64,000 bases of DNA from NCBI GenBank assembly GCA_040903985.1, contig JBBDUI010000002.1:326038-390037 (forward strand), written 5' to 3'. Positions 57,153 through 64,000 of this stretch are shown here, one piece after another (position 1 is the stretch's first letter; the number at the start of each line of letters is the position of its first letter). The notes below the pieces were generated by a model. That model was not told the DNA's origin, made no database searches, and was given only the letters and a program-made list of their open reading frames with translations. Both the position numbers and the translations under genes were made by a program. Source of the DNA: Candidatus Saccharimonadales bacterium. Lineage in GTDB: Bacteria; Patescibacteriota; Saccharimonadia; QS-5-54-17.

Positions 57153-59543
57153 ATGAGCTCTACACTTTCCGAAAAGCTAAAAACAAATAAGTTGTTCCGA
57201 CTTTTTGTCGGCACTATATTTATACTAAGCACTGTCTTTTTGTTTCAGCTCGGTACTCCCGATACAGTCTACGCCGGCCGAGGGAATGAGTGCCATGACG
57301 CCTATGACCGCACACAACCCAGGGGAAACCCCAATAATACCGCTGACTACGTACTGGGCTACGTTCAATCTTATCCGGATAAAGCCCCTGAAGTAGTTTG
57401 CGGTACGGATGCACAAGGCGATGACATACGGGTAGCCCTCCTGCAGTGGGGGCCTGACGCTGGTAGCTGGCTTGGTGACAGTTCTCTGCCTGATGCTGCG
57501 GCACGTTACCTATTCTGGGCCTGGACTAGAGGAGAGGACCATGCCTCATTTATCAGATACAGCTATGCGACTAACCCGCCCGAAGTGGCTAATATTGTTT
57601 ACTTAAACCGCAACCTAACCGTTAGCATAGACGGCAGTAGCCAACGAGTGGATGATCCAGTCGGCCTCTTGCCACTTATTGAGCAGACCGAAGAGAATGG
57701 TAATGAGGGGGTGGGGACGAACCCGGACGATGTGACCAGTGAAACACCGGGACCAGAGTTAGAGGAAGACGAAGAGTGCGTCAATGAGGGTGGACTCTTC
57801 GGTGTCCTTATGTGTGATGCGTTAGTTTGGACCTTAAGTGCTCTAGAGTCTGTCCAGAGCTTAATTGTTGAAGTTCTCTTTGAAACTAAACCACTCATAG
57901 TCGGAGACACTAGCGATCCCCTATTTCAGATATGGGGAAACATTAGGGATGTGGCCAACATTCTTCTAGTAGTAGCTTTCATGTTCGTCATCTACTCCTT
58001 AGCCGTATCGGTAAATATTGATGCTTACTCAGTTAAAAGGATTGTTCCGCGACTACTAGTTGCCGCAGTATCGATTCAAGCTTCTTATTTTATATCAGCT
58101 ATCTTCATAGATATGACGTCTATTCTAGGGGCGGGAATTCAAGGATTTACAGACATAGCCATGGATGATGTAAGAATATCTCTCGGTAATGCCGAGGGAG
58201 CCGGCGGGTTCATCGCCCTCGGGTCTATTGCTGGACTAGCAGTAGCTGGAGGAATATTGCTCGCTCCATCTATAGGGTTAGTGGCTGTTATAATTCTATT
58301 AGTAGTGCTCGCAGCATTTGTAGTGGTAGCAGCTCGTGACCTACTCATTCTGATGTGCGTAGTCTTATCGCCCATCGCCTTCCTGGCAAACCTACTACCA
58401 AATACCGAGAAGTGGTTTAAATTCTGGTGGTCCAACTTTGCACGACTTCTGTTTATGTACCCTTTCATGATTCTCATGATTCAAATCGGAAACCTTGGTG
58501 CCTATATAGCGCTAAGTGCAAATCGTGAAGCTAGCTTTTTGGCTCCATTTATGGCACTCATCATGCAGGGTGTAGCTATCGGGTCGATCCTCCTCGCCTT
58601 CAAGGTTGGGGGGTCTCTTCTCTCGGTTACAACCAGTGGATTCCAGAAGTTCGCTAAGGGTGGAGGCGGTAGGAGCAAAGACGGTAAGGGGTTGCGCGGC
58701 AAAATTGGTCAACGTGCTCGAGAACGCCGAGGTGAGTACGCTACCGGCACAAGAGGTAACGCCTTTACCCGCGGCATTACTAGCCCAGCCACCGCATCGG
58801 TTATGCCTAGTCGTTTCCGCAATCAGTCAAGAGCTCAAGCCCTTAGTGGCTTTAACCTTCAACGAGGCGAGGCGGCCAAAGCACTGGAAGCTGAAGGTCA
58901 CGATGCCGATGCACTCAACACTTTTGCTAGGTATGGTGAATCGACCGATAGTTTTAAGCAAGGGTTAAAAGAGCTCCGCTCTAGTACTCGAATTAACCGG
59001 GAGACAGGCGCTGTTGAGTATAAAGACGCAGATGACATAGATAGAGATAACGCTAAAGCCGACAAGCTTGCCAATATGTCGCACCACGTAGGAAAGCGTG
59101 CATTCCAAGCAGCTGCACTTAAGCAGGTGGCCGACATGGGCTTTGCCGATAATGAAAGTTTCGAATCTGTCAGAGGCCTACTTCAAGACAATCCCACCCT
59201 AAGCCAACAAGTACTTACTCCGGCAGCTGTCGGTGCTAAAAAGGCCGGGCGCATTGATCAGTGGAAAGAGTACGGCCCTCTCGAGGCAAAGGATATCGTG
59301 GCGGGTATGGGCACGAAGGATATCGTCGAAATGAAACCGGTCAGCCTGAAAGACGCTGAACTGGCCAACCAGTTTAGAGATCAAGCAAGTGTGCCGAAAA
59401 GTGCTGCGCGCAAAGCATTATCAAGTGCACTGGGCTCAGCCAGTGGTATGAGCGCCAAACAACACGAAGAGTTTGAGCGTGTATTAGGACCCGACCTATA
59501 TGCCAAGTTGGTGGAAGAAGCTGAAGAAGGATGGAAGCGGTAG
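57153..59543 (+). CDS. VirB6/TrbL-like polytopic T4SS membrane protein
   Basis: Signal, extracellular domain, W..IRDVAN, Y.VKRIVPRL, LSPIAF....LPNTEKWF..W, long cytoplasmic tail; start MSSTL after TATACT. Confidence 0.75.
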   Translation: MSSTLSEKLKTNKLFRLFVGTIFILSTVFLFQLGTPDTVYAGRGNECHDAYDRTQPRGNPNNTADYVLGYVQSYPDKAPEVVCGTDAQGDDIRVALLQWGPDAGSWLGDSSLPDAAARYLFWAWTRGEDHASFIRYSYATNPPEVANIVYLNRNLTVSIDGSSQRVDDPVGLLPLIEQTEENGNEGVGTNPDDVTSETPGPELEEDEECVNEGGLFGVLMCDALVWTLSALESVQSLIVEVLFETKPLIVGDTSDPLFQIWGNIRDVANILLVVAFMFVIYSLAVSVNIDAYSVKRIVPRLLVAAVSIQASYFISAIFIDMTSILGAGIQGFTDIAMDDVRISLGNAEGAGGFIALGSIAGLAVAGGILLAPSIGLVAVIILLVVLAAFVVVAARDLLILMCVVLSPIAFLANLLPNTEKWFKFWWSNFARLLFMYPFMILMIQIGNLGAYIALSANREASFLAPFMALIMQGVAIGSILLAFKVGGSLLSVTTSGFQKFAKGGGGRSKDGKGLRGKIGQRARERRGEYATGTRGNAFTRGITSPATASVMPSRFRNQSRAQALSGFNLQRGEAAKALEAEGHDADALNTFARYGESTDSFKQGLKELRSSTRINRETGAVEYKDADDIDRDNAKADKLANMSHHVGKRAFQAAALKQVADMGFADNESFESVRGLLQDNPTLSQQVLTPAAVGAKKAGRIDQWKEYGPLEAKDIVAGMGTKDIVEMKPVSLKDAELANQFRDQASVPKSAARKALSSALGSASGMSAKQHEEFERVLGPDLYAKLVEEAEEGWKR

Positions 59544-59654
59544 TGGAGGGGCTAGCGTCTATAACCCAGGAGATGATCCCGGCAACACTACTAACTGAGA
59601 CTGAGTTTGTTCAGATACCGCAGGTTGCTATACTAAAACCATAAGTGATTTATT

Positions 59655-60497
59655 ATGGCTGTATATAAAGTACCCCAAGATGTCGAAGCCGAGGATAAGC
59701 TCCTCGGCCCTCTAACTTTTAAGCAGTTTATCTTTCTGCTGATTGCCGGTGGGGCGGCTATGTTTGCCTGGCTGCTCTTCACTATTCAGCCGGTACTCGC
59801 CATCATCCCTCTGCCCATCATACTAATCTTCGGTGGTCTAGCTGTCTTTCGTCGTGAGGATCAACCGGTTGAACGTTACCTCCTATCGTTCTTCAACTAC
59901 ACACTGCGCCCCCGGGTGCGACTATGGAGCACGGAGGGATACTACGACCACCTAGTCATTACGGCCCCTAAGACCATGGCCACACCCGCTCTAAAGCAGG
60001 ATGTTAGTCAGGTTCATGGCCAGCTCGAGAAGCTAGCGCAAATTGTCGATACTCGTGGCTGGTCGGTTAAACAGCCCAACATTACACTGCCGAACCAAGT
60101 CGGTCAGGGCGACGACCGTCTCTTTCTCCCTCAGGTAGAGGCTCCACCGGAAGAAGTCCAAGAGAGCGACGATATTATGGATGACGCCAACCCTGAAGTA
60201 GTGCAGCTCGACTCCATCCTACAACAAGAAGCCGAACGACAACGCCAAGCTTTGCTGGAGCGAGTCAAACAGCAGGCTAGCGAACCTAGCCATTCCACAG
60301 CCACCACTGAGCCCCAAGCCGGCTCTGCAGAGCAAGAACGTGTAGCACCAGCGGTAGAGCCGGCTCCATCTAGCGGCAATACATCTGATATAATGAACCT
60401 ATCTGACCAGCTGACCGTCAGCCAGATTCAAGATCAGGTTAATCGTCAGGCTACCGACCAAAAACTAGAAGAGGGTGAGGAGATAAAACTACGCTAA
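59655..60497 (+). CDS. PrgI-family (VirB3-like) protein
   Basis: YKVPQDVEAEDKLLGPLTFKQF, two TM helices, DQP.E. Confidence 0.85.
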   Translation: MAVYKVPQDVEAEDKLLGPLTFKQFIFLLIAGGAAMFAWLLFTIQPVLAIIPLPIILIFGGLAVFRREDQPVERYLLSFFNYTLRPRVRLWSTEGYYDHLVITAPKTMATPALKQDVSQVHGQLEKLAQIVDTRGWSVKQPNITLPNQVGQGDDRLFLPQVEAPPEEVQESDDIMDDANPEVVQLDSILQQEAERQRQALLERVKQQASEPSHSTATTEPQAGSAEQERVAPAVEPAPSSGNTSDIMNLSDQLTVSQIQDQVNRQATDQKLEEGEEIKLR

Positions 60498-61369
60498 TGC
60501 CACCGAACAACACGCCCAACCAGCCCCAATCACCGGCTACACCCGAACCGGCTCCAGCTACCCCTCAGACTCAGATCAACCCCAGCGCTGCACCCTTAGG
60601 TCCGCCGCCACGCTCGATGCCTAAAACCGCTAAGCCAGCGGTTAAAAAGAAGTCTGACAATACCGCTCAGAAGAGTCTACTTATCTCTGAGATCCGGGAC
60701 GGCATGGTAGTGATGAAGGACGGCTCGATGCGAGCGGTCGTGATGTGCCAATCAATCAACTTCGACCTAATGAGCCCACAGGAAAGGGAAGGGATAGAGT
60801 ACTCCTACCAGGGCTTCTTAAACTCACTCTACTTCCCAGTCCAGATACTAATCCGAAGCCAGCATATTAACCTCGACGGCTACATGGAGCGATTAGAAGC
60901 AATCAGACGAGACCAGGACAACATTCTGCTCGGACTGCTGATGGAAGATTACATCACCTACGTACGTTATCTGGTAGAAGCGGCCAACATTATGGACAAG
61001 CAGTTCTACATCGTGGTGCCTTACTACCCTAATATGCTGAACAAAGAGGGGATAGCCAGCGGCGCCCAGAAGTTCTCCGAACTCTTCAAACCGAAACAAG
61101 AAGGAGTAATCACTATTAACGAGACCGACTTCACCAAGGCTAAGCAGGAGTTGACGCAGCAGGTCCGGGTGGTAGCTAACGGCCTAAACCAACTAGGGGT
61201 TAAATCCATACCCCTAAACACCCAGGAGTTAATCGAGCTTTACTATAACGTCTACAATCCAGTCACTGCTAAACAGCAGCCGCTAACTGACGTCGGTGAC
61301 CTAGATGCATCGATCATCGGTAAGGGTGACGGCCAAGCAAAACAGGTATTCCCAGGGGGCGGGGCATAG
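60497..61369 (+). CDS. T4SS-associated protein resembling the VirB4/TraC N-terminal partner
   Basis: ISEIRDG.VV.KDG..RAV, INFDL.S..E, FLNSL.FPVQI, FYIVVPY, ELIELYY..YNP; coupled between prgI and virB4. Confidence 0.7.
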   Translation: MPPNNTPNQPQSPATPEPAPATPQTQINPSAAPLGPPPRSMPKTAKPAVKKKSDNTAQKSLLISEIRDGMVVMKDGSMRAVVMCQSINFDLMSPQEREGIEYSYQGFLNSLYFPVQILIRSQHINLDGYMERLEAIRRDQDNILLGLLMEDYITYVRYLVEAANIMDKQFYIVVPYYPNMLNKEGIASGAQKFSELFKPKQEGVITINETDFTKAKQELTQQVRVVANGLNQLGVKSIPLNTQELIELYYNVYNPVTAKQQPLTDVGDLDASIIGKGDGQAKQVFPGGGA

Positions 61370-61370
61370 T

Positions 61371-63266
61371 ATGGGTATATTTAGTAAAAAAACCGATCCG
61401 GTCAGCCTAGCCGATGAGCAGAAGCGGCGGGAGCAGCTGGAAGTAGAGGAGCAGTTCCGCGAAGGCATCACCGGGCTGCGCGACTTTATCGCCCCTTCCA
61501 GCCTAGAGTTCGAATCATCCCAGATGAAAATCGGCACCCGCTACGCCCGCACCGTCTACGTCTACGGTTATCCGCGTCAAATCTATACCGGATGGCTCTC
61601 GCCAATTATTAATCTAGACGAAGCGCTCGATATCAGTATGTTTATCTATCCGGTCGAAAGTAAAGTCGTACTCGACAACCTCCGCAAGAAGGTTTCCCAA
61701 TTAGAAGCTAGTATTCAGATCAACGCTGAGAAAGGCCGGGTGCGTGATCCCGGACTAGAAGCCGCTATCCAAGATGCGGAGGAGTTACGGAGTCGCCTGC
61801 AGGTTGGCGAAGAGCGCTTCTTCCGTTTCGGGCTCTACATCACAATGTATGCCGACTCCCTAGAAGAGATGACCTACATCCAGCGCAAGATCGAGGGCAT
61901 CTTCGGCCAAGAACTGGTCTACACCAAGACGGCGACAGTTCAGATGGAGCAGGCCTTCAACTCGACCGTACCCCAGCTAACTGATCAGCTACAGATCAAG
62001 CGTAACCTCGACACCGGTGCACTCTCTACCACCTTTCCCTTTACTTCAGCTGATCTATCTCAGGAAGAGGGGATACTCTATGGCATTAACATGCATAACA
62101 ACGGCTTAGTCATCTTCGACCGTTTCTCATTAGAGAATGCCAATATGGTCGTCTTCGCCAAGTCCGGTGCCGGTAAGAGCTTCACGGTTAAGCTCGAGGC
62201 TTTGCGTAGTCTTATGTTTGGTCGCCAGGTTATCATCATCGATCCGGAAAACGAGTATGAGCGTCTGTCCGATGCAGTGGGGGGCAGCTACATTCACCTT
62301 AGCCTCAACTCCGATACTTATGTGAACCCTTTCGATTTACCGCAAGTAACCGACTCGGAAGAGGCAGACAACGCCCTGCGGGCTAACCTCATCACCCTGC
62401 ACGGTATGCTACGCCTGATGATGGGCAGCACTCGGCAGCAGGAAGATGGCAGTATGAGCTCCGGCATTACTGCCGCCGAAGAGGCCGACCTCGATATGGC
62501 CCTAATTAACACCTACGCGGCACGCGGCATCACTAGTGATCCGCTCACCCACAGCGTCGAGCCCCCCACCATTAACGATCTATACGAAACCTTAGTTAAC
62601 ATGTCGGGCACCGGACCTAGCCTGGCTCAGCGTTTGCGTAAATACACCCAAGGCACCTTCTCCGGTATCTTCTCAAATCAATCTAACGTCACTCTGGATA
62701 ATAATTTCGTCGTCTTCAACATCCGTGATCTTGAAGACGAATTACGCCCCGTCGCCATGTACATCGTCTTAAACTATATCTGGAACCGCGTGAAGTCCGA
62801 CCAGCGCGAACGTTTCCTGATCGTCGATGAGGCCTGGCAGCTGATGAAGCACGAAGACTCAGCCAACTTCCTCTTCTCGGTCGCCAAGCGCGCCCGTAAG
62901 TACGCCCTGGGACTAACCACTATCTCACAAGACGTAGAGGACTTCTTAACTTCCCGTATGGGTCGCGCTATCGTCTCTAACTCCAGTATGCAGGTACTGC
63001 TCAAGCAGGCTCCTTCGGCCGTCGACCTAGTAGCTGACACCTTTAAACTCACTAGCGAGGAGAAAAAGCGGCTTAGCCAATTCCCGGTCGGCCAGGGATT
63101 ATTCTTCGCCGGCTCCAACCACGTCCACATCCGGATTGAGGCCAGCCCCACCGAAACTCAGCTCATCACTACCGACCCACGCCAACTAGCCGCTATGCAG
63201 GCCATCACTGAAGGTCAGGATGCCGCCCAAGCCGCCTCAGAAGCCGCTAAAGAGCCGGAACTGTAA
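61371..63266 (+). CDS. VirB4-like T4SS ATPase
   Basis: AKSGAGKSF, IIDPENEY, NPFD, IVDEAW, KRARKY, ISQDVEDF; start MGIFSK at 61371. Confidence 0.92.
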   Translation: MGIFSKKTDPVSLADEQKRREQLEVEEQFREGITGLRDFIAPSSLEFESSQMKIGTRYARTVYVYGYPRQIYTGWLSPIINLDEALDISMFIYPVESKVVLDNLRKKVSQLEASIQINAEKGRVRDPGLEAAIQDAEELRSRLQVGEERFFRFGLYITMYADSLEEMTYIQRKIEGIFGQELVYTKTATVQMEQAFNSTVPQLTDQLQIKRNLDTGALSTTFPFTSADLSQEEGILYGINMHNNGLVIFDRFSLENANMVVFAKSGAGKSFTVKLEALRSLMFGRQVIIIDPENEYERLSDAVGGSYIHLSLNSDTYVNPFDLPQVTDSEEADNALRANLITLHGMLRLMMGSTRQQEDGSMSSGITAAEEADLDMALINTYAARGITSDPLTHSVEPPTINDLYETLVNMSGTGPSLAQRLRKYTQGTFSGIFSNQSNVTLDNNFVVFNIRDLEDELRPVAMYIVLNYIWNRVKSDQRERFLIVDEAWQLMKHEDSANFLFSVAKRARKYALGLTTISQDVEDFLTSRMGRAIVSNSSMQVLLKQAPSAVDLVADTFKLTSEEKKRLSQFPVGQGLFFAGSNHVHIRIEASPTETQLITTDPRQLAAMQAITEGQDAAQAASEAAKEPEL

Positions 63267-63321
63267 CTTATTTTCGTGCTCAATAGTATCAACATAAGGT
63301 TAACCACTTAAACACAATATT

Positions 63322-64000
63322 ATGTCCACCCTAGAAGATAAAAAGCCAGACACCAAACCAGACGGTAGCCATGACGACGTGGAGCTTAGCGCCGCCGAGC
63401 GGGCCGAGTCAGACCAGCTACTCGCTAGCGCCGAAGAGGGCGACTCCTTTTATAGCGATGAAGGGAGCGAGGGCAAAAGAGGGGCGGGAAGTAGGTTGGC
63501 CGGGGCCGCTCTTAAAACCACACCGGTGGGGCGGGCGCTTAGTTTTATCACTCGCAACAAGAAGAGTACGGCAGTCGGGGGAGGGATACTGGGATTTATC
63601 GTCAGCGTTGTCGCACTAATCGTTATGATTATACCTCCCACCCAGCTAATGTGGATGAACAACGTCTTCCAGGATTTTAACTTTGGTCCCCATGACCGTA
63701 GTGTGGTCGGGCGGGCTAACCGAATTAACGAGCACTTACGACTACGTCGGTCTAACGACACCCAGCTAGGCCAGAAAATAGAAAACGTAAGTGCCGATGA
63801 TGCTCAGCGTGCCCGAGTAGCTGAGACAAGTGGCGACAGGGTGAGCCGCTACAATCGCCGCGCACCCTTTAGGGATATGATAGGTAGTAGGATTAGGGGT
63901 GGTTTTAACTGGCGATTCTTCACTGGTCACTCACGCAGCTCTCCTTCTTATGTCAACAGCCGCAACAAGATGCTGGGAATTAACGATTCTTCCTTACGCG
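63322..64000 (+). CDS. Membrane-anchored protein downstream of virB4 (runs off window end)
   Basis: Not in track; open frame from ATG 63322: MSTLEDKKPD...GGGILGFIVSVVALIVMIIPP... Confidence 0.7.
   Translation, partial: MSTLEDKKPDTKPDGSHDDVELSAAERAESDQLLASAEEGDSFYSDEGSEGKRGAGSRLAGAALKTTPVGRALSFITRNKKSTAVGGGILGFIVSVVALIVMIIPPTQLMWMNNVFQDFNFGPHDRSVVGRANRINEHLRLRRSNDTQLGQKIENVSADDAQRARVAETSGDRVSRYNRRAPFRDMIGSRIRGGFNWRFFTGHSRSSPSYVNSRNKMLGINDSSLR

Noticed and set aside
454-63761. Numerous short antisense ORFs inside housekeeping genes
   Set aside because: They are reverse-frame shadows of well-supported genes.
52775-64000. Integrative conjugative element or prophage
   Set aside because: No integrase, relaxase, att repeats or phage genes in the window, and composition looks like the flanks; the right side is unseen.

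Overview
Chromosomal window from a reduced-genome bacterium, most likely Patescibacteria (Saccharimonadia-like). This is inferred from the N-terminally truncated MurE, the degenerate DHH protein, and a chromosomal type IV secretion (T4SS) locus with a tandem pilin array. Positions 1-19.6 kb are housekeeping genes, almost all on the minus strand (ftsK, rnj, UDG, pnp, rpsO, truB, rpsT, holA, mutM, polA, rpoD, dnaG). Positions 19.6-52.7 kb mix housekeeping genes (msrB, yajQ, ABC exporter, pgeF, pgi/pmi, groESL with CIRCE, PMM, murE, tsaD, valS, comF, Hsp20), five tRNAs (all four Ser isoacceptors plus Arg-GCG), two parS sites and many orphans. Positions 52.7-64 kb hold seven VirB2/TrbC-like pilins followed by VirB6-like, PrgI, VirB4 and associated genes. 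Best candidates for new biology: (1) a twice-repeated module at 36.7-40.5 kb (small ORF, long RNA hairpin with a compensatory base-pair change between copies, small acidic ORF, convergent helical + PD-(D/E)xK-like protein); (2) two pilin genes sharing a 100% identical 174-bp constant region with unrelated N-termini; (3) structured elements built from tRNA T-arm/3'-end copies downstream of tRNAs; (4) pervasive leaderless gene starts. All calls come from reading the sequence by eye; no searches were run.
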